Source of the DNA: Tubiluchus corallicola | Taxonomy: Eukaryota > Animalia > Priapulida | Length of the DNA stretch: 64,000 nucleotides | NCBI GenBank assembly: GCA_030141605.1 | Contig: JAQGDQ010002366.1 | Span: 442,660 to 506,659, forward strand | Reading direction: 5' to 3' | Translations under genes and position numbers: made by a program | The notes under the pieces: generated by a model | The model's input: the letters and a program-made list of their open reading frames with translations, nothing else | Told to the model about the DNA's origin: nothing | The model's database searches: none | Shown: positions 1-15,000 of the stretch, piece by piece | Numbering within the stretch: position 1 is the stretch's first letter | How the letters are laid out: every line of letters starts with the position of its first letter

Positions 1-17
1 TTTACCTGCCAATTCAG

Positions 18-3000
18 GATCATCATTTTCAGAAAATGTGGTTTACAACAAGCATAGTGTCCAGAACTTCAATTCTCCTTCACAGCAATATCACTGTTAT
101 GGTCGTGATTCTTCTCTAGTCTTTGTAAATACAAGTAATCGAGATGAGCAGACGTCAGGGAGGATGACTGCATCACCTTCTAGTGAAAACACGCCGTACT
201 CGCCAAATTCTTTTCCAAAAGAATCGCCTTCGCAAGCGTGTCGAATGCCAGCTGTTGATATTCGATATGATCCGAAATATCAAGCGTTGATGCTTGAAAG
301 AGCAAGACTGAACGAGCAGTCGAATTATAATGTTGGTTTCCAACAGGGTGATACTTATTATAGAGGATCCGGTGGATCTATGGCTTACCCAGACACTTAT
401 ATTCCCTGGTATTATCAAAGGTACATTTTACCTTTCTATGATCAGTAAACCTATAATTGTTGGATCATTAATTGATAATCTTGACTTTAAAATTCTAAAT
501 AATTGATTGATTACTTGCAGATTAGTTTAAGCTCTAAAATAAGTAACCATATTTGTATGTGTTAGTTTAGCGTGAGTAGTTTAACACTTGGAAATGCTAA
601 TTTGTGTTGATGAGCTAATTAATTTAATGTGATTAATTTAAGCCATGCCTTCATCACAAGAGACTCTGTAGTCCAAATGTGTCAGACTTCTAATCCAAAG
701 GCCTACGGTTCAAATTGTGGTTGTATCTTTGCTCTTCCATGCTCAGTCTTTAAAACCATATTTTTTCCATGTTGGCCATGTTTGGTTTTAAAAGGTTTAA
801 AAATTGAAATATTTATTCCATTGCCATATGAAAAAGTTTAAAATCAAGGTAAAAACAGATTTTGCAGTTTTACATTTTTTGTGTCCTGATTATTTTATCA
901 CATTCAACCTCTGCTCTTGCATTTTTGATTTTATTACATTTTTTGTTAACAAATAGATCTCATAACAGGGTACTTCATTTTTTAACTGTATGTGTATTTG
1001 TTTGTATATATATTTCTACTATTATATCATTGCTTTATATATTTTAAGTAATTTTCTGATTTTCTAGACCAGATGAGCAAACCCAGCTGCATGGTCAACC
1101 CGGTGCTTATTCTAAGGCAGAGGTTGTTTTAGTAGAACTAAATAACATTGAGTCATGTCTGTCTAGACTTCTATGTAAACCATATTATTTGGATGGTGAT
1201 AGGAACCATATCTTACATTTAAGGTAAGCGAAAAAGCATGAAGTGATTCTTAACTTGAAAAATTCACAAAAATTGACAGAATGAAGGGTACCAGCTAAAA
1301 TTGTACATGGCTTGCTTCACTTCGAATTTGTCTACCCCCAGCATGTTAAAGGTTAGCACAAGTATACCTGCTTTGTGACAATTCATTTCTTTTAATTTTG
1401 CTTTCCCATGGGATGATTTGAATGTCTGAAACATAAAACTAGAAGTACGTTGCTTTAATGAAAACGTGATTGTAATTTAATATTTGTACTTGTCAGATTG
1501 CAGTTGCAAGGCAAATTTGAGGAGCTGGTTTTAATAGATCCCGATTTAAACAAAAAACATGGATTGGAGCAAGATATGTGGAAACGGGTATTTTACAAGG
1601 TCGGTGTAACTTTTTTATATGCCAGCAAATTACAGAAATATTAATTATTAATGGAGCATTTAGATTCTGATAAAAAATAAAAAACTTAAAAACATTTTTA
1701 TTTGCAATACATTAATTTTTTCATGTAAAATGATTTAGCCGTATCGGCTTCGACGTTGTACTACTAATTTTTTCATGTAAAATATGCTTAGCAAAATCAA
1801 CTGATTCGAAAATGTTTTGTTTTTGGTACCTGGCTATTTTTATTGCACGTCAACAATGAATTATTACCTTTACAAGAAATGTCTGAAATGATATGTACAC
1901 TTGTGCCTAAATAAATAATACGTGCCAAATCCAAACACATTAGTACTTCCATTCTAAATGCTGTGGTTACATTATACTTTCTGAATCATTATTTCTAGAT
2001 TTTTAACAGTTTAAAAAACTAGAATGGATCTGGCCTATGTGCTTGGAACCTTCATATCCTATTTTGCTCATTTCTTGTAAAGTAAGTAATTTCCATAATA
2101 AAATCATGGAACGTATTCACTGTTATTATAGCTTCATAATATGAGTGCTACAATAACAACATGTCTGAGCTTTAGGGAACCTGCAGTTCGTGCTGGATCC
2201 AAAAATATAAATGTTATACATTTTGTTTTCGTTGCTTTATTTTCTTTTCATTCGCCTTTGTTCACGACACCGGTGTTTTTCAAGGTAATCGAAGACTTCC
2301 GAAGGCAGATAGATGAAACTAAGAGCGAAGAGGAAAAATCTGAGATCAAATCGTGCCTTCTGCGAGTATTAGAACAAGTAATGTAAATCCTGCATTTGTA
2401 ACAACTACATTCAAAAAATGATAATTATATTTGAGAAATTGTAATCTAAACAGTCTTGCTTTCAGCTCTTTTAATAGAATCTTGAACCAGATGTGGTGTG
2501 TTGAATAAGATTTACAAAGCAAAATTTTGTTGTTTACTTTTCGTATGCACATGCAAACATTTACGCAAATAATGTTTCTTGTATTTTTTATAACAATAAC
2601 AGACTTTAAACTATAAATGCCTGTGAAAAAGTGCAGTATACTGAGCTGTTTTTTTTGTTTGAATTTTGCAATTAAAGTAAACATTACTAACAAATTGCTT
2701 TATGCTACTGCAAACATAATTTCATTAATTAAAAAACTACGTGTGCTAAATAAATGTGAATAAGAAAATGTGGTATGTTTCTTAAATGTAGTTCAACAAT
2801 GTTAGCATTTAATAGGCCTGTCATAGAATATGTATATAAAAGGTGTTGGATTTGAACAGAAGGTCATGTTTATTATTTGCAGGGCGCAAACTTCTATGAA
2901 GAGTTGTTAGAGAAAATTCAACGCATGTACAGTTTAGATCTGAATACTTTTTTGCAACCGGATTTCATTCGCCCGGAGCAGCCAAAACGGGAATTGAAAT

Positions 3001-6000
3001 TAGGAATATTAAGCGCACATCGGTATTATCTTTGCTTAGGGGACATTGCCAGATACAAGGAACAAGTAAATGACACATCTAACTATGGCAGGGCTAGAAA
3101 GTGAGTTTTTGTAACTGTGATAGATGTTGTATATACTGTCTAATGCTAGGTCAAATAAAATTTGATTTGATTTCCGCTTGATAACAAAGTCGTTCCTTAA
3201 TTCATTTTTATATAGCTAGCATCTTTAGATAAATAGACAGTATGCAACAAAAAGGAAAGCATTTTTTACATGTTTACTGTTGCCTTGTGCTGTTTTCATT
3301 TGTAATGACCAATGGATCTTTCAATGGCACTGTACTTCTCTTTACCATGTTGACGCATTTTAATCAATATTGAAATGCCAGATGTGCAGTACTAATTCTT
3401 TTCGAGTCTGTCTGTTCATAGAATCTTTTTGCATAGAGCCATGATTTTTAGTCATATAGCAGATATCAAAGTAATTTAAAGATTTGAATGAAAAACAGCT
3501 GGACTGTGAGTACTTCCTGCTCTTCTTCTGTCTTCCTGGTGTAAATTTTGCAACATTGTTTTTTAGCACAATAGTGGTACTACTTTTTTATGCAAACTGT
3601 AACGTGTTAGCAAAGCTAAACACTTTGAAATAAAATGTTCATTTTTGGCTGGAGATTAAAGGTAATGCTAAGGCTTTTCTTGTTATTGTACTTAATCTTG
3701 GTAATGTTAAATAAAATCATAGTAACTGTAATTCGTTAAAATCTGTTTCAGCTGGTACATTAAAGCACAGAAGCTATGGCCTAAAAGTGGACGTGTTTAT
3801 AACCAGTTGGCTTTACTGGCGCATTATACGGTATGATATAAGTTATTGTATAAGAGCTTTTGTGGCTTATTCAGTTTATATAAAAATAATAATATGCATT
3901 GTAGGTGTTGTTCAAAAATATTTCAGGATGGCAGTGGTTTTTAAGAGGTTTGTTTAAGAATTTAGATCACATTTACCTTCTGTTTTATTATAGTTGAGAA
4001 TGTAAAAATTTGACAAATTGGTTTTTGAACATTATCAACCTTAACTGCAAGTGGCGTTCTTAAGAATTGGGACATGCTGTGACTGAAGCTTGGCAGTTTT
4101 AATTTCAAAATTTAGCTGCTCTTTGAGTTCTGGTTTGTTGCAAATTCTTCATGAACATGTTTTTATCCGTTTTACTTGTAAATATTCTAATGTCTTATTA
4201 CAATAATCTTTGTAACTAGCATTTCTTGTTTGACTATGCAACAGTAATGATATTGCTAATTCTTAAGTTCTTTAATTTAAATGATAAGATTTTGTTTTAT
4301 TTTGTGATACCACCAGAGGTTGTTTGCATTAGTTTTTGTAACCGCATTTGTATAATTGGCTTTATTTATAGCTATATTCTATACTTGGTTATTTTCTGCT
4401 GTAGAAACGAAAATTGGATGCAGTGTATTATTACATGCGAAGTTTGGCTACCAGTACGCCATTTGCGTCAGCTAGAGAAAGCTTAGCTTTGGTTTTTGAA
4501 GAGATAAGAAAAAAGGTTTGTTGAGATGTTTAATGCGATGCAGTTAAAATATACCTAGAGCCCATTAATAGATCTGCATGTTAAATGAGTCGCACAAAAC
4601 CATTTGTCCAAAATGAAAATGCTTGCCGGTTTACACTTCACTGAATAGCAGGTAGGCGAGTAATTTGAAAATACTTATCCTTGTGTTATAATTTTTTGCA
4701 AACTTACAGCATACACAGCAATTTTTGTTTGTGTTTATAATGGCAACAGGTGACAGGACTGGCCACTTGCACTTTATTATTTGAGCCTGTGAAGCAAGTG
4801 GGTGACAGCTAATTTCATACAAAATTTGTGCTTTGCTAAATTATATCTAAACTAAATTATATTGTTAAAATATATTTTTGCTCAAAATTAAAACCTAACA
4901 AACCTGCCCTAGAAATTTGTTTCAAATTGAATACCTTTACAGTCATGCATAACAAAGTTTAGGCAAAATTTTCACATTGCAAGTGATTTGTTTCAAATTG
5001 AATACCTTTACAGTCATGCATAACAAAGTTTAGGCAAGATTTTCACACTGCAAGTGATTTGTTTCAAATTGAATACCTTTACAGTCATGCATAACAAAGT
5101 TTAGGCAAGATTTTCACATTGCAAGTGATTTGGCTTGGTGACGGTCTGGCAGTTGATAATTACCAAAATGGCTGACTTAATAATTCTTAATGACTAAATA
5201 TTAAAATTAAAAATTAATGTTTCGGTAACATATGCCTACCATTTTGAACAGCAGAATATTTGTAAAATGTACTTAGAAATCTAATAACATTACAGGACAA
5301 TCCAGAACAAATAACCATTTCTATCTGCAGCCTTACGATCACTTGGCAGTTACAGTGCCTACCATGGCTTCATACTGAATATGTTATGGCGTATTGTGAT
5401 GTTAAATTTACAATAACTAAGCTATGTCGTGAAATGAAATTTTGTTTTTTGTGTCTCTATTTGATTTCCCACCCATAATTATCCTATTATTTGTTTTTTG
5501 CTTATATATTTTTGTTTATTTAGTATTTGTTGACATTTCAGCATGATGCAAGAGAAAAAGAAAATGCTGAGAAAAAGAAAGTTGTAGTCGAAAAACGTGA
5601 TACGAGGGTATTTCGTGAGGTTTGGACTCATCCTAATGGAACGGGAAGTCGATCTGGTCCGGATGCAGAAGGGCTTCCGGAATTAGAGCGATTGTCTGTT
5701 GTAGAGGTGTGAATGAGCTTCTAGGTTGAGTTTCGCTAATGTTAATTTCCATCTTTGTACAGTAGCAGACTGAAACTGAGTTTACTTTTACTTATTTGTC
5801 TTAAAATTGTGTTTTGTGAGGTAAAATTTGTCTTTTGACTGAGTGATTAATATTTGCACTAGTAACTCAGCAAAACACCCAACTTTTAAATGGGATTAAA
5901 CTGAAATTGGCACATAAACATTTTAATTTACTGTACGTAACTGGGTACCGGTATTGATATCGGCTAAGCTAATAGACACCACTTTGTAGTACTAGGCTGG

Positions 6001-9000
6001 CTGATAGGGTTCCTGGGCTTTGTGTGTGTGGTAAAACTTATATTGTAAACCGTGTGTTCTAAAGTTCTTCTGAAGTACTTGAATAATAAGCTGCTGTTGC
6101 CGCTACTGTCACCTCTGTAGAGGGAGCATTTATGCACATCCAAATGAGGCTGAACAACTTTGCTTAGTAGGTTGTTTTAGAGGGATATTGTTGATAAAGA
6201 GTCAGTCTCAAGTCAGTTACAAATATCTCTTTGTATAATCATGCTTCCAGCATGCATATTATGAAGAGAAAGTATGTGTATTGATGAGTAGTTTTTCAGC
6301 TAAAAATAATTTTTGACGTAAAAACAAGATTTGCTAACCATCTTCTAATTCTCTAATCAAACTTGCTGAGTGGCAGTTGTTCTCATTCTTCCTGATGGAA
6401 ATAATTTTCAAAGTAGTTCAAGTGCCTTGTAACAAAGTTCTTTCTAAAGAGTTATGAAATTCCTTCTAAGATCCTAAACGAAGTGCCACACAAGACTTTT
6501 TTGTTCATAGTACTCGAGCAAAAGTTATTGTTTGTGTAAATGGGGGAAATGCCAATTGCATAAAATCTAAATAACACCATGCAGTTAAATGCTAGGTGTC
6601 TTCTATTTTTCTGAAACTATAAATTTTAATCTTTCACTCTGTGTTACACATTTTTAGCGTCACAGCATGTGAAACTGAGAGCATAACATATGCAAAAAAG
6701 CTATACTTGCAATATTTTGACTACCTTCATTCAAGTTTTAAACAAATTTCCAATAAATATCAGTTGTGGAATATTTTTGCACAGTTGATTTTTTATTCAA
6801 GTTTAAGTAAAAATAATTTTATATTAAATTTATAACTGAAATATTTTTTGCAATTTGGCTATAACGTTAATAGCAGACTATGTCAATATTTGCAATTTTT
6901 TGTTTAAAATTTCTTTTAAAATTAGTAATTATTTTTCTAGCTAAGCAGAAGATTTGTGCAGAATTTTCTTCATGCCCATGGCAAATTGTTCACAAAGATA
7001 GGGTAAGTGGAATACTGTAGTTGCTGTATTACACATGTTAATTACTTTGAATAATTTTTCATTTTCATTTAGAACTGTTTCATATAGATCTTTTTGAAGG
7101 CTGTCTCATCTTAATCATTTGCCATGTAGTTAGTGACCAGCTTATATATGTTTTTTGCACTGTTTAAGGATGGAGTCATTTCCAGTGGTAGCTTTGCAGT
7201 CTATGGAAGAATTTTATACACTGGTACAGCATGTTCCCTTCCCTATCAGCCTGGAAAATCTACTGCAGCATACTGTGATAAATATGTACAGTATACATAA
7301 TACTGCATTGCGAAGTAAGCATTTTAGCTATAGTGATGTGTGGTGCTTGTACATATCAAGTGTACATATCAAATAGTACAATTCTATCAAATGCTGCTAT
7401 TTCATTTATCATGACTCTTTTCATATTAATGATTTTGGTTATTGTTTTATGTATTTTTGCATCTGTATTTTCTTTTTTTGTCCCAATGACCTTTTATTCA
7501 TTTCAGTAACTCTGTATTCTATTCATTTTTCTACAAATTTTAACCTATAAATTTTAAATTATCTGTTTTAACTATTTTTATCATAAACTGTAACTGCAAA
7601 TTTTTATTCAGCTTCATATGTAGCTATTTCTTTTAAATTATAACTGCATAATTATTTTTATTGCGAGTGATTGCATGATTTTTTTTATCTTTTTCAATTT
7701 TATAGTAAAAAGCACTGACATCTTCATTTTGAGTGCATTTTTAATAAACTGTTATTATTATTATTATTATTTATTTTTATAGGCACACAGGAAAGCACTG
7801 AAACCATTTCAGTACAACAGCTTCATGCTTTGAGTCTTGGCATGACAATGTTTGGTGTGTTAGTTCAACGATCACTAGTCTTGTTGCAAGCACACGTTTT
7901 GTCTTCACGATATCCAGAGGCAAGTTTCTTTTGAGACATTTTTGTTGGTTTTCTCATTTCCTAGTTCTTACAAGCACTAGAGCCTCTGAGTGAAAAAAGA
8001 GGTTTTTTGTATAAACAAGCTTTTGCGGGATATGGATAAAAAAGCAGGCTATGGATATGGACAAATTACTTTCACTTCTATAATAGATTCTATCCATGTA
8101 TCGGGTCAAGCTGTGCTTTAAATTAGATTAAACTTTTTTAAATTTTGACTAAATTGTAAAAGTGGTGATGACACGTCCCTGGCATAAGAGCTTCCAGAAT
8201 ATTTGTTGACCCATCTGCTGAACTTCGCTGAAGTGGATACAGTGTTAGTCATTAATTGGCCCATCCAGTATTTTCAACTGCTGGAAAGGCAAATAGCTGT
8301 AATAGAAGTAACATCTGAAATTCTGAAGCAAAATAGGTAATGTTTGGTCAGAGTGTGCGACGGCTTTCAAATCATCTTTCTTATTTTGTCTAATATATTC
8401 TTTTAAATAAAATTAACACTTAATGTATTATATTGTTTTGTAAATGACAAAATACATACTAGACATGTTTCTCGGGTTTTTTTTAAGACAGATTTGATCT
8501 TTTTCACTAATTTTTTGCATTAAGATAAATTCAATCAGTAATGACTAACCACCACTTATATAAAAGTTTCTTTTGTTGGTGTGTTATTATCCTGCAACAG
8601 TACTTATAATTAGTATAGCATCATCTAGTTACTAGTACACTGTTGCGCTAAAACACTTGCTTGTTGGCAGGGATGTTACCGAAATGAAATTTTCGATTCA
8701 GTTTGCCGATAATTACACTTTCGGTTAAGTTTCGGTTTTGGCAAAATTTATTAAGTATCGTAGCGGTAATTTTCAGATAATTTTCGGTAGCATTTTTCAG
8801 ACATTTTACTGTATTTATCCAATGTACCTTTTCTCTTCTCCTAGATCTGAAAAACCGCTGAAAAAAATCTTTGCTAAAATAGTTCGAATAAAGTGAAATT
8901 TCGTTTACATAACAGTTTGCTTTTCTTTGCCTTGCGTAACAGCAATGCTGCATATCTTTAGTGCTGGCCACTGTGATGTTTTAGGGTTTCCAGGCCCAAT

Positions 9001-12000
9001 CAACCGAAATATCAAACCATGTTTGAATTTAATTGAGCAAAATCGTTTTTATTTTTATAATTTACGAAATATAGGCAACAAAATATCTACAAAATAAAAT
9101 TTCTTTATTTTAATGAAGCATTATGATCTTTAAAAGTTAATCATTAATGTTACTTAAATCCAAAAACGTTGTAACACATTAATTTTCTAATGTAAGCCAC
9201 TCCAACAAACTTGAGGTTCTATACTATAAGATATCCTTGTGTTTTCTATCAGTAATTTTGCTTCACAACAATTAAAAGCAGACAAACAAAAAGCAAAATA
9301 TTTTAGTTACTTTAGAATTTTCTTTTTTCCCATTTTGATACTAGTTATTTTTGCAAAAATGTTTCTGTTCAGTTTCGTTTTGGTATCGGTTTCTTATATT
9401 TGATAAATTTCGGTTTCGGTTTGTAAATCCAGTTTCGGTAGCAACCCTGCTTGTTGGTCAGTCTTTGGTCTGTTTTTGCTACTGTTGCATTCGCTTCAGT
9501 AGTGCAGTTAAATCGTCTAGTGGCTTTAAAATAATTCAGCAGTTAGGCACGAGTATAATACAAACTTGCTACTATTAAACTTTTGTTTACAGGAATTATT
9601 GAGTGATGATCTTCACCAGATTATTCCTGCTATACATGTTTGGATGCAGTGGATGACATTGAATGTGAAACTATGGACACTGCCTGCTGTTATCAACAAT
9701 GATCTCACTTCCAAGTATTTATTTTTCTTCTGCAGTTCCATAATTTATTGATTAATAACTTATATAGATTATGATCTTGTTTTGTGATGTTAGTTTATGG
9801 GATGATCATAACCACATCCCTTATTTAGAGGGTTTTTGAGAGTTTGTTTTGTGGATAGCTTTCAAAATCTAATTCTTTTCTGTCTGGATTTTGATGATTT
9901 AGTTCATAATATTGTTTTCAAATTTATGTTGTTGTATGTGTAGTTACTATTGCAATTCTTCATGATGAGAAAATGTGTTACCCATGTGATCATACGTGTG
10001 TCAAAAAATCCGTTTTTTTATGATTTTCAAATGCTATTGCATCCTGTCTTATAAAAATTCGTAATGTTCGTGTTGTCTTGGTGCCATTTTGTCAAACATA
10101 ATGTGTGATCTACACGATCATAATTTCTTTTGAGCAGAGAATAATACTAATTTTGTTTCATCAGTATCAGGTGATCCAGTCACTGTTATGTTGTCATCTG
10201 CTATACAATTGGTCTTGTGAAGAAATCCAAAATTTTTATCTTCTTGCTTTCACCATATTTCTGTCTGTACTATTCACAGTTACCAGGAACGTTTTTAAAC
10301 TGCTGTTCTGTAAATAAGCATAAATGCTTTTACTCAATGTACTTGATTGAAACTAATGCATATAGCTTCATTAGCATGTCTGTAAAATGTTTCATAAAAT
10401 TGTATCTACTTCATCTAGTTGTAATTCGTTTACTCAACATGTAGAAGAAACAGGCAGGCAGGTGCATTAATTGCCTGTTCATGAAATTCTAATATTTTTT
10501 GTGTAATTTTACTTTCTGCATTTCTAGTGTTTGATTGCTAAACATTTTTACAACTGGAATTATTTTTTTATAGAAAGCACATGAATTTCATGGGTGCTGC
10601 TGCTAATCTGTTTACTCTAGTCGCTCAGTTGAATACCTCTCAAGTTAACCTGTTGGAGAAGCCATTCCCTCAGTATGAACCTGTCGTATTGCCAGAAGAA
10701 TCGCTTGTATATGGCTTCACACCTCTCATGTCAGTTGGGATAGCGCCGAAATATGTAGATAGCTCTGTAAATAAAGTGAGTTATACCTTAAATAATAGAA
10801 TTTTACATAATGAATTTTAGAGAAATTTGGCTATATAATTATTTATCAAAATAACTGAATGATTGATACGAAGAATTGTTAAAAAAAATTCAGGATCTGC
10901 GAACATCGATTGACAGAAAATGAAATAAATCTCTTGATCATAAAAGAAGTTAAAATGCCCATAAATCTTAAAAAATATTTATTTTTTCTTCAGAAGCTTT
11001 CGTCCTCTCGGACCTCACCAGTTGCGTGAAAAGATACAATAATAAAAAATTACAGATGAAACTACATATAAAATAATAGTTTCATCTATAATTTTTTATT
11101 ATTGTATCTTTTTGTGACCATGGCAAATCTCAGAAGAGCTGTATCTTATATTCAAGCTAAAATCTCTTTAAGTTGAAAAGTCTGATAAAGTTATATCATA
11201 TTTTTTTGCACGTGTAGTGAAAGTCAAACTGCTGCTCAAGTAAAACAAGAACAATAATGTGATCACTACAAGCTTCATGACTCATGAGCTTGGTAAAAAT
11301 GCACGTGGATAAAAGGTTACTTTATACATTTTCTGGATAATTGTATTGTTAATTACTGTTACTGTCTTTATTACCATTTATTTCATTGTACAGCAAACAA
11401 GTAAATGTTTCTGTTATCATGTTATACCTGAATGTTGATCCTGCAAAACAGCTCATTGCACATGCTTTGTACCAAAACTTAGGTCATTGTAGTTTCTGCA
11501 GCTAAAGACAGCAGCAGTTGTAAATGCAATTGTTACTCTGCTCCACTGGGTGTATACCTTTACCTGTCATTTATGGCAGACAAAATCAATGTTTCAGTCT
11601 CCTAGCTACTAGCAAACTTGAATACATGTTGTTGGCAAGATATAAGTCCATAAGTTTTTTAGTTTTTGTTCCTGGAACATTTTTCAAATTTTTCAGTTTT
11701 TCTCTTTGATTGCAAAGATTTTTGTACAGTTCTTACACCAACTAACGTATTCACGGAGCTCAGCATCTGTTATTGTCTTGTTTGTTTGTAAATAATGTTT
11801 GTCGAATATTAATATTTTTTTAGCATTTTGCCTGAAAAGATACTTTTCAACTTTTTGCTGAGCAGTGTTTAGTAGTGTTTAAGAACTATGATTTAATAGC
11901 TAACAGTTTTTAAAATTGATTATGACCGTTGCATAATCTTAACATTTTTAAATTATCTTGCTACTTTGTGGTCTAAACAAAAAATATTGAGAATGAAATT

Positions 12001-15000
12001 TTTTTACCATTAGAAAGGAAATTTAATGTACTTTCAGAAATTAATCATAAAAATGCTCCTGGTGAAAAAAATGAGGCTTAATGGACACTTTGTCTTCTTC
12101 ACGATTATGACCATGACACAGATCAGAAGAGCACTAGCTTATTTTCATACTTTCAGAAATTGTATACTTTTTCTCGATTTTGTAGTTAATGTGAGTACTA
12201 TTAACATTCTTGAACAAGCATGTTGAAAATGCTTAAACATTTATAATGGTGAAGGAGTTAACTATAGAAATTTAAATTTCGGTTATTGATGATAGTGTTA
12301 TTTTGATTTAGGATCTGGCAAGAGACTACACTCGCATGCAGAATATTCTGAAGTTTGGTGACTATCTGTGCGGCCTTGATGATCCTGTGATGCAATTCAA
12401 TATACAAACTCATGAATATGAACCACTCCTCATCCCTGTGGAGGAAGGTGGTTCATCAGAACATAATTCTGACAGTCGCCAGTGTAGTGACAGTGATACT
12501 GTAAGACTAATTTAATTTTTTATTTTATTTGTTTCTTAAGAAAATGTTAATAGTCAAGTAGAAAGCCAGGAGAGCATGAAACGAGATGGTGTGAATTTTG
12601 TTTTACCACAGGATTTCAGTAGATTTAATTTAACCAAATTACAAAAAAAACATCTAACTCCAAAATAAAGTTCCAATTTTTTTTTTTTTTTTGCCAAAGT
12701 TTTGGTCAGAGGGAGAAAGCACAACCATTTTAAGCCAAAGTCAAGCCAACCCTGGTCCAAAAAAATAATTTCCTAGTTCTGAGACGTATCAATCCATCAA
12801 TCAAATTTTGTCTAAAAAAGTCGGGCTAATTATTATACATTAATATGATTACATCCTTGTGGAGCTCAATCAAGTTCACAAAACACATTCAAAACGCAAC
12901 ACAACATATTATTTTATACTGTTGGGCCATTTATCAGCCATTATCTAACACTCAGTTACATGCTTGCCTGATGTAGATGGTTGTAGTGGGACCAAAAAAG
13001 TCATTACCAAGGATTAATGTCTGTTTTACTGAGAGAAGGTATGGAGATGTTTCCTGCATGCTCAGATGTGAAACCTACTCCATGAACAAGGAAACAGCTA
13101 GAATTAATACAACAAATGAAACTAACAGAAACAGTTTTCCAAATGATCACTCATCTATTTACTTTTGTCAGTAATCACACATTATGATCACTTATCTATC
13201 CATTAGAAATTTAGAAAACAAGGTTATATTCTGTTGAAGCATATTTAGCTTATTACATTCATTTCACAGTCTAGTAATTGCTAAACCATAACTGGTCTGC
13301 ATTTAATTTTACATATTATTGAGAATTTTTGTGTTTTTTTTGGGGGGTTTTTGAACTTGATCCTGTTTGGTCAATTAAAATGATTCTTTGAAATTGTAAA
13401 TTTTCAGGAGCAGCTGGAAGAAGTTGAAGAAGTGGTCGGAGATATTGATGACGAGCATGTTCGTGCACTTAGGGAAAAAAAGCTGGCTTTGGAAAAAAAG
13501 AGAGAAAAACACGAACGTCGTCATAGCAAGAACAAGGTTTGTATAATATTTGCAGTTTAAATGCTGCTTAAATACCTATATTACTTGTACATTCGTTTGC
13601 TGCTGTATCACACTTAGCTCAAATATTTATTTATTTGTAAAATTTAGCAATAATGAGGTGAGAATTTATAAGTAAGATTAATCTTAAAACATTAGTGCTT
13701 TTATCTGTGCAAACTAGCAGTAATTGACATACATTTGAGATAATTTCCCATTACTCATTTGCATTATTAATTGGTATATTTGCTAGTGATTACATTTTTC
13801 TCTAGGCTGTGCTGGAAAAAGAGCATAAAGCACGACCTTCAGTGATTAATGTCTATCCACTTTACCTCATCCCAGATACTAATAGCTTTGTCAACCACTT
13901 GGCAGGATTGCAAACAGTTGTCCTATGGGAAAGCTATACTCTTGTTGTACCTTTAGTTGGTATGGATATTTACCTCTACAAATTATTAACAGAGGTTAAG
14001 TATCATACATGTGCTGTCAGTTTCATTTAATTTCTCTATCTTGAATGCTTGTTAGGCAATTGTGACCGAACTGAATATGTAATTTTCGATACTTCTAGAA
14101 TCTCGCATGACTTCAAAGCTGTCTTTGGAAGTTATCATTGTTATCACCTGAGGAAGCCGTTATTTATGCCAAAACACTGTGGTTTAAAAATAAAGCAGTA
14201 TTTTACAACAAAAATGCTGCTTTGTTCAGCTGGAGATACATACTATATACTGTAAATCTCACATAATTATTGAGCATAAAAAGTGAGTGAAAGATAAATG
14301 TTTCCAATAAGAAACAAAATTCAGTAACTCTTTATTTCTGCGGGTAGTGGTGCTGGGAGCTAAGGTATTAATAAATGCATAGCTCGATGGTAGTATGCTC
14401 GCTTCCCATACGGGAGGTGGCGGGTTGAACTCCCGGCCGAGTCATATCGAAGACTTAAAAATGATGCCCCTGGTTCCTCGATCAAGCACGCGGTTTTATC
14501 AGGGTAACATGCAGATAATAATAATCTGGACCACCTTGCAAATTAATATTGATCTACTGAAGGTGTTATCTCCGGACTGTGTCCTAAACGAAATTATTAT
14601 TATTATTATAACAGTGTTTCATATTGGAAATTTTGTTGTCCATAAATTCATGTTTAACCCGATGTTTTATGTTTAGGAGCTCAAAAATAAAATAATATTT
14701 TTCGTTTTTTCTAGTTATAAATGAACTTGATGGCCTAATCAAGCGCTATCGTGATGGACGCACTAGTCCGACTGAACATAATGAAAATGTGGCTTATCAA
14801 GCAAGAAAAGCCATCGAATGGTTGGAAGACTGCTTTAGTTACAGAAATTCACATGTGAGGGCGCTTACGGCTAAAGGTTCAGAGATGACCACAATTGCAT
14901 ATCGTAGTGAATGTGATGAAGATTTTGAGGTTTGTAGTAATGTTGTTCTAGAACAAGTAATTAGGGTAACATTGTTCGAATGAAATTTTGGGCATTTGTA

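Noticed and set aside
4915-5132. Regularly spaced repeats as a possible CRISPR array
   Set aside because: The units are contiguous 71-bp duplicates with no unique spacers, inside a eukaryotic intron, with no cas genes.
629-13174. Numerous 60-115 aa ORFs within SMG6 introns
   Set aside because: Apart from those overlapping true exons, they are AT-rich, F/L/I/K-biased chance ORFs, often with non-ATG starts.
14377-14450. Functional tRNA gene
   Set aside because: The B box is degenerate, there is no closing acceptor stem or T-run terminator, and it continues into a SINE body and (TTA)n tail.
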